A stretch of 64,000 nucleotides of DNA from Octopus sinensis. Lineage: Eukaryota. Positions 12,978 through 25,489 of the stretch are shown one piece after another. The notes beneath the pieces are model-generated. The model ran no database searches and was not told the origin of the DNA. It worked only from the letters and a program-made list of their open reading frames with translations. The DNA lies in contig NW_021832432.1 in NCBI RefSeq assembly GCF_006345805.1, positions 372,001 to 436,000 of the forward strand. The letters run 5' to 3'. The translations under genes were made by a program, and so were the position numbers. Position 1 is the stretch's first letter, and every line of letters starts with the position of its first letter.

Positions 12978-13563
12978 GCCCTGTTGTAGTACCAGACACT
13001 GGCTCTCATGGCTTCTGATCTTAATTCATTAGAAGTGTTATCATGTACATTGTTTTTTCTTTGGTATAAAAGATGGGCTACAGCAAATATTCTGCTCAGT
13101 ATCATAGATTTGCTTGTCACTTGTTTGACCATAACCAGTTGAGCATTTCCTTTATTGGCTGACAATATGTGCATCTCTGGCCACAAGCAGAAGTAGTTGG
13201 GGAGCATCATAGCTATGTTAAAATGAATTCTCTGGGAATTTAATAATTTGTTTCTGGAAACATGAGTGTTTTGTTCAACATCCTTAGACAACCCTTATTC
13301 AGTGACCTTTTGAGTGGGATGGGCTATTTGACATGAGGAAAATTCTAACTGGGCCCTACCTGCAAGGTCATGTGCTGTTTATCTTGATATAAGATCATCA
13401 TGTTGCGCACATATAGTTGTGATACATGTGCCTGGTGTACCGTTATCAGACAGGTTGTCATGATGGGTATAATGGGCTTCGTATTTTTTATCCAAGTGTC
13501 ACTTTGATGGCATGCACTGCTCTTTCACTCAATATTAATAATAATAATAATAATAATAATAAT
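12978..13563 (+). mobile_element. (AAT)n-embedded ~550 bp non-coding retroelement, copy 2
   Basis: Starts aataat|GCCCTGTTGTAGTACCAG and ends ctc(AAT)n. Confidence 0.75.
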
Positions 13564-13790
13564 GTATACGTAAAATACTGTCTGTGTAATCTCAAATTTT
13601 AAAACAAACACAATTTTCTTATGGTTTCTTAAACATTCTCAAGAACAACACTATGTACAAAACCAAATATACGGTACCCTAGGCATAATACCAGCATGAA
13701 CTTCTAACTTGTCTCTTGAGATCGCTGGGTGAGACTTGAAACCTACTTGTACGATTGCAAAGCAAAAGTCAAACATAAAATAATAATAAT
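13564..13790 (+). mobile_element. R4/Dong-like retrotransposon extreme 3' end
   Basis: Begins with IRKILSV* (R4-clade ILRKVL-like C-terminus), then a 3' UTR ending gtcaaacata(AAT)n. Homologous copy at 55808-55950 on the minus strand. Confidence 0.6.
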
Positions 13791-13884
13791 AATGATGATG
13801 ATAGCCACAAATATGCAATAGAGGTGAGAATTTATATTTTGGAGTCTGAATTTCAAACCTGTAATTTTTAAATTCTGGATATGA

Positions 13885-14019
13885 GGCGCAGGAGTGGCTG
13901 TGTGGTAAGTAGCTTGTTTACGAACCACATGGTTCTGGGCAAGTGTCTTCTACTATAGCCTCGGGCCGACCAAAGCCTTGTGAGTGGATTTGGTAGATGG
14001 AAACTGAAAGAAGCCCGTC

Positions 14020-14062
<43 letters not shown>

Positions 14063-14270
14063 TGTGTGTGTTTGTGTTTGTTCCCCTAGCATTGCTTGAC
14101 AACCGATGCTGGTGTGTTTATGTCCCCGTTACTTAGCGGTTCAGTAAAATAGACCGATAGAATAAGTACTGGGCTTACAAAAGAATAAGTCCCGGGATCG
14201 AGTTGCTCGATTAAAGGCGGTGCTCCAGCATGGCCACAGTCAAATGACTGAAACAAGTAAAATAGTAAAA
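13885..14270 (+). mobile_element. SINE family B
   Basis: Same head, body and tail. Confidence 0.85.
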
Positions 14271-14927
14271 GCGTATGTATTATTAATGACTATCTCAAGA
14301 GTACAGCTAAACTATCTAAAGTATACTCCAGAATTATATATGTCATTAAAGCACACATTAAAATGGTGCTATAATCTATGTGTCTCTCTATATATACATA
14401 TTATCCCAAAACTTACTATGTATTTTCACACATAAAAATTCATTCAGTATGCTCAACCATTTGTATCTGAAATGTAGGACAATATTTGTTCTGTGAAATG
14501 TTGCCACCCACATATTGATACATGACACTCCTTTCCTCATGATCTTAGAAAATCTTGTTAATATTTAATATTAAAATAATTTATTGAATTCATACCTTGA
14601 CCGAATAATTTCAAAACACAAATGATTTGCGAATTTCATCTTGAATGAGGTATATTGAATGCAGCATTTCTGTCTGAATTGAATGAATGCCTCACAGAGA
14701 TACAGGTGTGGCTGTGTGGTTAAGGTGTTTCCATTGCAACTAGATGGTTTGGGGTTCAGTCCCACTGCGCAGCACTTTTGGCAAGTGTTTTTTTTTACTA
14801 TAGCTCCCCGTTGACCAATGTCTCGTGAGTGAATTTTGTAGATGGAAATGTGTGGAAGCCTGTCATGTATATAAGTGTGTGTGTGTTTGTGTTGTCCTCC
14901 CACTGTTTGATAACCGGTGTTGGTTTA

Positions 14928-15326
14928 CTCTTTTACCTGTTTCAGTCATTTGACTGTGGCCATGCTGGAGCACCGCCTTTAGTCGAGCAAATCGACCCCA
15001 GGACTTATTCTTTGTAAGCCTAGTACTTATTCTCTCGGTCTCTTTTGCTGAACTGCTAAGTTACGGGGACATAAACACACCAGCATTGGTTGTCAAGTGA
15101 TGTTGGGGGGGGAGGGCCAAACATATACACACATGTACATATATAGATATATATACATATATTCAACGAGCTTCTTTCAGTTTCTGTCTACCAAATCCAC
15201 TCACAAGGCTTTGGTCGGCCCGAGGCTATAGTAAAAGACACTTGCTCAAGGTGCCACGCAGTGGGACTGAACCTGGAACCATGTTGCTGGTAAGCAAGCT
15301 ACTTACCACACAGCCACTCCTACGCC
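14928..15326 (-). mobile_element. SINE family B
   Basis: Reverse-complement full copy. Confidence 0.85.
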
Positions 15327-16261
15327 TGTAATTTAGCAGATCAGTGAAAGTGACTGATAGAATAAGTATCAAACCTTAAAAAAAAAAAGGTAATAGTAAT
15401 AATAATAATAATAATATGTAGCAGGGTCAGTATGTTCAACCAAACCCCTCATAGTGGTACCCCAGCTTGGCCACAGTCCAATGACTGAAGTAAAAAGTGA
15501 AAGATAAAGAAAAAAACATAATCAGTGAATTGAACTCTATTCAGGGAAACCTCTCAGAATCATTGTTGTTGATGGTAATTGAGGTTACCAAATACTTACA
15601 TCACAGGAGATGCCCAACCCATTAATGATACCGGTACAGTAAGAAATGAGGGTGCATGGCCTTTTGGTTAAGGTATTGCACTCACAGTCACAAGATTATG
15701 GTTCTGATTCCTAGACTGGGCCGTGCATTGTGTTCTTGAGCAAAACTTTTCATTTCATGTTGCTCTGTAATCACTTTGACTTTTGATCTGTAGAGCATGG
15801 TGCACCTGTATAGGCAATTTCATGGAGGAAGTTAGTCAACGTACAACACAAGCATTTGATTCCTATAAACAAATCATCTGTGAAAAGATGTTCAAGAAGA
15901 AATTACAGAACCCTTATTTGTCATCTATGATAAGAGCCCATAATAGTATGATAAACATTGTACAAGAGTTAGTACTTTTACACATGTATACATCCTCTTG
16001 TGAAGGCACAAGACTCAGTGGTTAGAGCATCGGGTTCACAACCATGAGGTAGTGAGTTCGATTCCTGGACTGGGCTGTGTGTTGAGCAAGACAATGTATT
16101 TCATGTTGATCTAGTTCACTCAGCTGTGGAAATGAGTTGTGCCGTCACTAGTGCCAAGGTGTATTGCCTTTGCAATTCCCTTGGATAAAATCAGTGGCAT
16201 GGAGAGGGGAGGCTGGCATGCATAGGAGACTACTTGTCTTCCATAAACAACCTGGACTTAT

Positions 16262-16490
16262 GGCGAGCTGGCAGAATTGTTATCACGCTGGGCGAAATGC
16301 GTAGCCATATTTCGTCTGCTGTTACGTTCTGAGTTCAAATTCCGCCGAGGTCGACTTTGCCTTTCATCCTCTCGGGGTCGATAAATAAAGTACCAGTTTC
16401 GCACTGGGTCGATGTAATCAACTTAATCCCTTTGTCTGCCCTTGTTTGTCCCCTCTATGTTTAGCCCCTTGAGGGCAGTAAAGAAATATA
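16262..16490 (+). mobile_element. tRNA-derived SINE, family A
   Basis: Head ggcgagctggcagaa...gagttcaaattccgcc and core gcctttcatcct..ggggtcgataaa.aagtaccag. Roughly 20 copies in the window (e.g. 735, 9100, 11915, 12790, 30683, 34400, 37645, 46213, 50845, 54770, 57600, 60860). Confidence 0.85.
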
Positions 16491-16883
16491 TATTTCAGAG
16501 GGTAAATTTCTAGGTGCAAACTGAAGGGGAGTCTTTCTACTTTTACATCTTCTTGATACCTGATGTTAAGATTTTGGATAGGAGCTCTCAGGTACTTTGC
16601 TACCAACCTATGATCATTTTTATGTTTTTATATCTTCTGTTTAATGAGAGACTGCAATTCAAGTGACTATATATTAAATGATTTTATTAATTCATTAACT
16701 AAGGTATAATTGAGGAAACATTGATGTTAAGGAAATCCTTTACAGTTAGAATGCCTGACTTCTTCATCCGTGATTCAGTGTGAATATTTAAATACTTTTT
16801 GTATACCAACATTTTAAAATTTAAATTTTTGATGCTGTTTACTGCTGATTTGCTCATCTTTCTTCAAGCAAATATAACATAGA

Positions 16884-17317
16884 CTAGCTATTTTGACCCA
16901 TGCTTTGCTTGGGTTTTGGTGGTGGTGTTGTTTTGTGCGTGTTGTCTCCTTTTCCCTTTCTTCTTTTGTTCGTCTTCTTTGCCTGGTCGCTTTCCAAAAT
17001 CCCCCAAATTTTTACACCCACAATAAAAGATAACTGCCTGTAGCCCCTGCAGCAACACGAAAAGCCCCCATTATTCAAACAGCACAACCTGTCTATCCCA
17101 TAAAACTCAATTTTTCCCATATTCTTCACCATGGCAACCAAACGGTAGCCCCAAGCGACTTGCAACCCTCCTCACACCATTGCCTACCCCATTCCCCCCC
17201 CCGTGTAAATTTTGGCACCAATCCGACCCCATCTACTGCCCCTTAAATCGTTCCCATCCCAAAATGAGACAAATAACCAAGAAATCAAACAACTTTTTCA
17301 CATTTCAGCTTTATAGA
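16884..17317 (-). mobile_element. Non-autonomous Helitron
   Basis: Minus strand: A|TCTATAAAG 5' end; 3' hairpin cccaagc-aaa-gcatggg then CTAG|T. Confidence 0.7.
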
Positions 17318-17787
17318 TATTGATTAAGCTTAGGTGTGACTGCAGAAAGGAGAAATATAAGAATATTCGTGCATTTATAAATAGGAAAGAGTATTTTTTA
17401 TGTTTTTATAGTAGTGATAGCATTTGAGATTTTCAGCTTGATTGCATTAACGATTTTGAGGCCAACCCAACTGTAACACCGCACCCCTCTGGTTCTGTGA
17501 ATCAATGATCTAAATTAAAATCTTCCGTTAAATTTCATGTTAATTTATATTCCAAACATCAGCTTAATAGTAACAAAGTTATTTTACTAAATTCTTCATT
17601 ATTTAAAAAATTAATTGCAATTAAAGGCAGTGTATTTCAACAGAAATATTGTAACTAAAGGGTTGACATGCTGATTCCGTTTAATTTAAGCATTTATTAA
17701 TGGATGAGCTGTTATATCACTTCCCCACATATTTTCTATTTTTATATTACTCATAGTTGGTGTGTATGTAATAGTTTTAATAATGTA

Positions 17788-19452
17788 CTAGCAGTATCGC
17801 CCGGCGTTGCTCGGGTTTGTAAGGGAAATAACTATATAAGCATTTTTAGTGAGTTATAGCAAAAAAATGGAATAAAAAACGATGGTAATTTTTTTTTAAA
17901 TCGTTGACTCATCGTAGACATTTTTAGAGTGTTACTTCCCTTATATAATAGCGAAAAAATGCATTAAAATGGAAAAAATGATGGTAAATTTTTTTTTAAA
18001 TCGTAGACTCATCGTAGACGTGCGCTAATACCCAGAAGGGCTCGATATGAATCACGACTATAAGATACCCAGTTTTGGTTAAACTGCACCGCAAAATGTG
18101 GGAGTAGTTAGGAATCTAAATCGTAGGAGACAGACACACAACTTGACTTTTATATATAAAGATTTGTGCAACAACTAAAACATTCGGTTGTGCAAATTGT
18201 TTGCACAGGAAACCTACCCTGTGTGGCGGTTTTTGCCGTTTTTGTGGATCTGTTTCAGCTTTTTTAGCGATTTCTGTTTTGGCGACTTCAAGCCATGAAG
18301 TCATTGTTCTAAAAGAACGCTGGTCTCCTTGACAACGTTTTACAATGTTGATTTCCCTACCCTGCCTTCCCCACAGCTTCACGAGGGAGGGAAGTAGGGG
18401 AGGAGCTACACAGGTGCAGGTGTGAGCATGAACGCCAACGCCGCCACCGACAAACGAAAAAATTGGAAGAACCCAGACGACAGCTTCAGCCACCACCACC
18501 ACCACTACCACCATGACCACCACCACCACTACGCCCATGACCATCACGAAGACCACCACGACCACCACCACCATCATCACCACCACCACCACCACCATCA
18601 TCACCACCCCCACCACCACCAACAACAACAACACCACCACCACCACAAACATGACGAACCACCACCAACAACAACAACACCACCACCACCACCACAAACA
18701 TGACGAACCACCACCAACAACAACAACAACAACACCACCACAAACACGACGACCACCACGACCACCATCACCACTACCAGCACCACCACCACCACCGCTG
18801 CCACTACCACCGCCTCCACCACCACCATAATATGCCTCTGCTCTCTCCTTTTGGCTACTAAATCCATTACCATATTTCACAAGTACCATCGCCATACAAT
18901 ATTGCCTTCAAAAGTTTGTGTTTGGATAATATTTTTTAAGTAAAAGTTGTGCAACAACTAAAACATTCGGTTGTGCAAATTCTTTGCATGGGAAACCTTC
19001 CCTGTGTGGCGTGTTTCCCGATTTTGTAGAATTTGCTTTCAGGCTTTCTTAGCCATTTCTGTTTTGGTGTCTTCAAGCCATGAAGTCGTTGTTCTAAAAG
19101 AACGCTGGTCTCCTTGACAACGCTTTACGACGTTGATTTCCTTACACTCCCTTCCCCACAGCTTCACGAGGGAGGGAAGAAGGGGGAGAAGCAAACACAG
19201 GTGCAAGTGTGAGCATGGATGCCAACTCCGCCGCCAATTAAAAAAATGTGTTAAAATGGAAAAAAATGATGTTAAATTATTTTTTAAATCGTAGACTCAT
19301 CGTAGATGCGCGCTAATAGCCAGACGGGCTCGATATGAATCACGACTATAAGATACCCGAATTTGGTTAAACTGCACCGCAAAATGTGGGAGTAGTTAGG
19401 AATCTAAACCGTAGGAGACAGACACTCACACAACTTCACTTTTATATATAGA
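17788..19452 (-). mobile_element. Composite non-autonomous Helitron with two 5' ends and one 3' end
   Basis: 3' hairpin cccgagcaacgccggg...CTAG|T at 17788. 5' TC ends at 18162 and 19452, each followed by the same ~200 bp sequence. Internal ~290 bp direct repeats flank a (CAC/CCA)n tract. Confidence 0.8.
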
Positions 19453-21539
19453 TATATTTCATCATCATCATCATCTTTAATGCCTGTTTTCCATGCTCGC
19501 ATGGGTCAGACAGTTTGACAGGAACTGACAAGTGAGAGGACTGCACCAAGTTCCAATGTTTACTTTGGCATAGTTTCTACAGCTGGATGTCCTTCCTGAT
19601 GTCAACCACTCCACAGAGTGTACTAGTTGCTATTTACATGGTACCAGCACTAGGAAGGTTACCAAGTTAGTCATTTGTAATGGACTATTAAGTCCAGTAA
19701 TTGTAGAACTGAGGTAAGAGGTTTAATACCTTGTTTTGTTGTTTGCTTTTTGTTTTGAAAAAAAAAAAGAATAATGTTTTAGAGAAGCAGAAGATCGGCA
19801 GGTGTCTTTTGCCTTCTCCCATTCATACCATCCTTTTCATCACTCATTTCATTAATGTTTTTTGTCCAGCCCATGAACTACTCCCTCTGTATACGGCCTT
19901 CATGGCCAATAAAATGAAATGAAATAAAGTTAGTCATCCGAGTAGAGGGGAGTAGAACTGAGGAAAGTAGCTTTATGCCAGATGATGAAATGTTAGAGTA
20001 TGACTGGAGGACAGGAACAAATACCTTGCAGTTGGGGAGATACATGGTTACCCTAGTTAGAAGAGAAGGGGGATGGTGGGGGAAGATATGCCAGGGCATA
20101 CCCTCAGGGCACAAAAACGTGAATAACAAGGAGTGGCATAGGTGACCAGTTAAGTAATATATTTTTAGTTTGTTTTTATTTTAATTTTCGGAATTACGGA
20201 GATGTACTTGCATAGCAAGTGACATGATGCAGCATGGAATTTTGTCACAGTCTCAAAGCGACAAAAATATTTTGGTAAATTAAATTTAAATGTCGAAGTG
20301 AATCTAATGGATTTTGTTTGTTTTTAAATGGCTTATAAACACCTTCCATGCTGCAATTGTTTTATTTTGGTGTTCTATGCTAATTTGACAAATTAAACCT
20401 GTCTGGCTTACCAATCGTTTGGATACCAACTCACCTGCAACCACCTTTTTAAGTGATCTGAGGATAAATACAAATATCTTGAAACCGTACAGTCTGGTGG
20501 TCCCATCGTCTGTTAGAAGACAGTCAGGGTTCACTCCCCTGCTTGCAGTATGTATCGGGTGCAAATTGCATTGACAACCAGCTGGAAGGATCTCCTCCTG
20601 GGTTAAAAACAGTAGTAACATTTGTTCCTATGGGACAGCCATGTTGAAATAGCAATAAACATTACTTCTTAGTATAGTTACTACTTTCATATCTTATAGA
20701 GATTTTCTAACGAGCTACTTCGATTAAATTAAAATCTTCCATCAAAATTTCATGTTAATTTATGTTCCAAATACCAGCTTAAAAAGGGCAAAAGCTATTT
20801 TGATAAATTCTTCACTATTTCAAAAATTAACTGAAGCAAATGCTGTGTATTTCAACAGAAATATGGTAACAAAAGGGTTAATTTATATGCTGTTCAGTTT
20901 TCTAAAAAAAAAAAAAAATCGTTTTCATATCACACTATGGGATGAAGTTATATCATTTGTGTAAAACAGAGTCAGGGCTGACAAGAGAAAAGACTTCAAG
21001 TACAACTGCTATTTACAACTGGTTTATTTACAAGAAAGGTGAAGTGTGCTGCTCTCAGCTACCATCTTAAGCTCTGATAGTGTGGATGCATTGCCTCTGG
21101 AGATAGACAGGCACAAAACCTCAGCCAGTGGTGGTGATCAGCCAGTGCTGCTGTGTAGTGGCGTCGAAGAAGAGAAATTTGAAGAGAGTTTTCCCTTTAT
21201 ATAGTTTTTTCCACAACTAGCCTCGTTGTGATCTCGTGCATGGCAAATGGATGCAGGTGAGGTCTCACTCCAGTCTTGGAGATGGCAATGGCTGCTGCAA
21301 GATCTCATCCAATATGGCACTGGCTGCTTGTGCTGCTACAAATTAAAAGGAATGCTAAGACTGTTTGTGTTTTATTATTTGGAGATGGAGAAACAATGGG
21401 TTAAAACCTGCTGAGGATCATAGCAACTGATAATCTTTCCATGGCAAACAAACAACCTGGAAGGGGACATGGAAGATTTTAAGCTTCTATAGAATAATTT
21501 AACCGAATAAAATACCAGTTGAATTCTGGGGTTGATTTA

Positions 21540-21720
21540 ATATAGGGAAAGTTTATGAAAAAAACAAAAGACAAAGACAGGTGGTGTACAAAACAAACAG
21601 ATGTATCAGTATAACGCTCAGGAATAGAAAAAGTATTTTACGTTTCAAGCCTACGCTCTTCTACAGAAAGGGACACAGAAAAAACAAGGAGAGAGAAAAA
21701 TGTGTGTAGTGGCTAACGAT
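21540..21720 (-). mobile_element. Penelope-like element terminal relic with degenerate hammerhead motif at 21635-21670
   Basis: Minus strand reads ttt-CTGTAGA-a-gagc(gtag)gctt-GAAACGT-a-aaa. Confidence 0.55.
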
Positions 21721-22079
21721 TTATCATGGCGACTGAATTAATAGTCCTCTACTGCAGTGTTTCACATAGTGAGGGGTATACTGCAAAGACTTAAAAAGAT
21801 GGTGGGTAAACTGCAAGGTGTGATAAAACTAAGATGGTTTTTAAACTTTTTAAACCTGTCAAATGCCACAACAAAGAAATAATTACATGGTTGCAAACTC
21901 TGTTTTGTCTTTTCATTGATAAACAGTGGGAGGGGCCTAAAGTTTCACTAAGTTCTTTTTTTCTTTTTCTTTTTTTTTTTCTGGTGGGGGGGCCCTGATA
22001 TTTGTCAGTTTAAGAACCACTACTGTAAAGCATCCTAAAACTGAGTGGAATTTCTACAATTGAAGAGTTATGATTACTG

Positions 22080-22190
22080 GGCGGTCAAATATGAAGAGTG
22101 AAATCTGGTTTGTATGCACCGGAAAGCATTGCAGACGTTAGAAAGAATAGATTCGACTGTTAAAATGGCGTCATCATGTGATCCGTATGT
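22080..22190 (+). promoter_or_regulatory. Housekeeping-promoter-like segment
   Basis: Locally CpG-rich, with ETS-like CCGGAA (22119-22124) and YY1-like AAAATGGCG (22162-22170). Confidence 0.35.
22165..22184 (+). CDS. Candidate first coding exon of the TBC gene (MASSCDP)
   Basis: ATG within AAAATGGCG followed by donor CC|gtatgt. Phase 2 matches the acceptor at 42677, giving MASSCDP-NLDTQPY. No homology support. Confidence 0.3.
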
Positions 22191-23329
22191 TGACAATTTA
22201 CATGCTTGTTTCCATAACTAATATTTTTGATTTATGTTCTTTATTTTATTTTGCTCCTGAAATCGTGTTATTCTATGTTGCATTCATTTCCCCCTACTTT
22301 TTTTTTTTTTTTTGGCTACTCACTTGTCAGCCAGTTAAGAGATTCTCAAGTCGAATGTTGTTATAATGTAAGCAAGTTCTCTGCAGGACAGTTGTCTTTC
22401 GGACAGGAATTCTGTTTCGATAGATAAGTAAAAAAGAAGATCATGCAGATAACAGAGTATCTGACTAAACTGCTTTGTAATTTTTAATTTCTTTTCTAAT
22501 CTACTGAAATTAGTACGAGCGTCGTCCCATTCGACTAGAATCCTCTCATTGTTTACTTGCGTTTTCTTGCACTCGTCGACTTGCAGTTGTTGTTTAATAA
22601 GAGCATCAACTGCATTGCTCTCAGCAATCTTGAAGAGCTCTCGAGATGGCCATTGACACAAGTCCTTTCTTCAGACCTAACTATAAAAAAAAAAAAATAA
22701 TAAAATGCTGTGCTGCGAAAAATTGAATACACTCCTCCTCTTGTGTCCCATCAAACGAAATCACTTTTGTAGTTAGATGTTTATCACGTCACAAAGTAAT
22801 AATAATCGTCGTATTATTTTGTTTTTTTTTCCCCGTTCGAAATAAAAATAGTAAATATTCGACATTTCTTCTACTGAGTATATTGCAAAAACAACATTTT
22901 AGTAAGTTTTAATTCCTTGTTATCTTCATTGTAACTAGTTATTCTTCATCAAAGTAATGTGCCGGCTAATGTTGACAGGCCAGCATCAAAGTTTTTTTTT
23001 TGTAGCATTGTGCAGATGTGCTACCTGCGTAAAACTGGGCGTTAACACGTGTGTGTGCATTTCTGCAAAACTGGTGTTCTTACCTGCGTATTTCTGGAGA
23101 TAATAACAAGTACATTCATGTTTGCTGAATCGCTTTCTTTCTATTTTAAACGCCAGCGAAATACGTTCCGTCATAAAACACCGATAACGAGGAGGGCGAT
23201 AGAATTGCATCGTCAATAGAATAATTAGATCTGATCACGTAATTGTCTCGTTTCGATCTCTTTTATTCATATCAAAAATGAAAAGAAAATCAACAACACA
23301 CATGTAACCTTTAATATTATAAGAAGATA

Positions 23330-23390
<61 letters not shown>

Positions 23391-23719
23391 TGCAGGCACC
23401 ATTTAATTAAGTGGCTTGTTTTAAATGAAATATAGATGTCTGTTTAATTGCATAGAAACACATGGATATACGTGCATTGAAAATAAGCGGTACTTAAGAA
23501 AGCAAATGAAAATTTTAATGAATAACAACTTTCTGGTATTGAATTGTTATGCCTTGCTATTTATGTCTATGACGGACACCAAACTCTGCTGCCACGCCTT
23601 CTCTGTTTACTGTCGCTTATTACCGAACTCATTGAGTACGTGTGATTTTGTTACTATATATATATATTTATATATACATATATATAAGTGTGTGTGTGGG
23701 TGTACCTGTACGTAAGTGT

Positions 23720-23920
23720 GTACCTGTGTGTGTCTCAGAGACATCTTTCGTCACTAATAACAAGGCTTGTGGGAGTGAGATCGCCGAGTTAAGCGATAAC
23801 GTCGTCAAACTACACGGTTGCGTAAGGCCGTATGATTACTTGTTTTATAAACCCACCTGACCATTCTGTTGATGCAATAGTAATTGACTACACGGGGTCG
23901 CAACTACAAATACAGCTTTG
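23720..23920. promoter_or_regulatory. Second CpG-rich, promoter-like unique segment
   Basis: High CpG density in an otherwise CpG-poor background, with three ACTACA motifs (about 23808, 23887, 23903). Confidence 0.25.
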
Positions 23921-24431
23921 TCTGGTATTAGGGACTCAAGTTTGTACCCGAATTACCCTTGAAAACTCACTATGTACTTGAGGGCAAGTCTGTTGGTTAG
24001 TGTGTTTCCTATTTCGTATATTAATATACTGTTTCCGGCATTATCTTGTTTTTTATGATATATTTCTTTACTTTGTTTTAGGTTTTCATTCTGTTTGCGT
24101 TCTATGATGACATACTGTGTCGTACAATATTATTTGATAATACAATGTTGTTATGCGATGTTATGCCGTGGCGTAATGTTGTAGGTGTATTTAGCCCCGA
24201 GTCGGTATTGACCGAGCAAGACCTGTGATCAAAGACGCCTCGGGTGTAACCATCCTGTATTTTTATACATCAAGAACCATATTATTCAATGTACCCTTCT
24301 TTATTTAAAACAGTAAGGTGTACATCGAAAGCGGTTTGGCTACTATTTTTTGTAGGTTGAGTGACTGCGTAGAAGCACTAGCGTTTGGTTTTTCAGACAA
24401 TGGTATTGTAAAATATATATATACAAAAAAT

Positions 24432-25215
24432 TGACTGTGTTGCCTGAATGTCAGAATGTATCGTGTTACCTGAATGTCATACTGTACTGTCTGAATGTCA
24501 TACTGAACTGTGTTATAGTATTATGTCATACTCTCTGTGTTATAATGATATACTATACTTTGTGCTATATGATGTCATACAGTCTGTGTTACCTGTATGT
24601 AATACTGTACTGTGTTGTGTTATATGGTGTCATAACTGTACTGTGATCCCTGGATGTAATACTGTGCTATGTTGTGTTATATGATCACTTACTGTACTGT
24701 GTTGCCTGAATGTTGTACAGTGTGTTGTCTAAATCCTATACTCTATTGTTATATGGTGTCATACAGTAGTGCTGTGTTGTCTAAATCCCATACTCTAATG
24801 TTATATGGTGTCATACTGTAGTACTGAAGTACTGTGTTTTCTGAATGTTGTGTAGTTTAATGTCATACTGCATTGTGTTAGCTAAATAACATATGTACTA
24901 AGTTACTGAATGTCGTAGTGTACTATGTTATCAAAATATAAAACCAAATTTTGTTGAGTGAATGCCATACCAAACAGTGTGGTCCAACTGTCATACCATA
25001 CTGTGTTATCTGAATATCATACTGTATTGTTTTGTCTATACTGTGATTTATGTATTGTTTTGTCATATAGTATGATATCTATTTGTACTAAGATGTTTGT
25101 TGTTGGACTTTGTTGTCAGAACATCTTATTGTGCCACATGTAAATGTTATATGGTACTGCATTACCTGATTATCATGTTTTGCTATGTTGTGTGAATGTT
25201 GTCTGTACTCATCAT
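24432..25215. repeat. Degenerate minisatellite (~20-25 bp units such as ctgtactgtgttgcctgaatgtcata)
   Basis: Recurrent ctgaatgtcata, tactgtg and tgttatatg blocks. Confidence 0.7.
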
Positions 25216-25489
25216 CCTTGTCATTTAATATTCACTTTTCCATGCTTGCATGAGTCAGATGGAATTTGTCAAGATAAACTTTCTATGGCTGGATACCTTT
25301 CCTCTCACCATCCCTCACCTGTTTCCAAGCGAGGTAATATTTGCACATAGTCAAACACGTTTTTCACAGAAGACTCATTTACAACCATCACATGATGTCT
25401 AGACAAGAGTACATACACACATACACAGATATACAGATCTCTCTTACTGAGGTAGACATGTACCTTTTTTTACTGCAAGACCTGTATTT

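Noticed and set aside
18116-18895. 259 aa ORF and overlapping poly-His/Thr/Val/Gly ORFs
   Set aside because: They are translations of a (CAC/CCA)n microsatellite inside a Helitron, open in several frames on both strands.
22600-22660. Minus-strand C-TGA-...-TGA-C pattern suggesting a selenoprotein
   Set aside because: No recognisable selenoprotein homology or SECIS element, and the frame ends at TAA shortly after.
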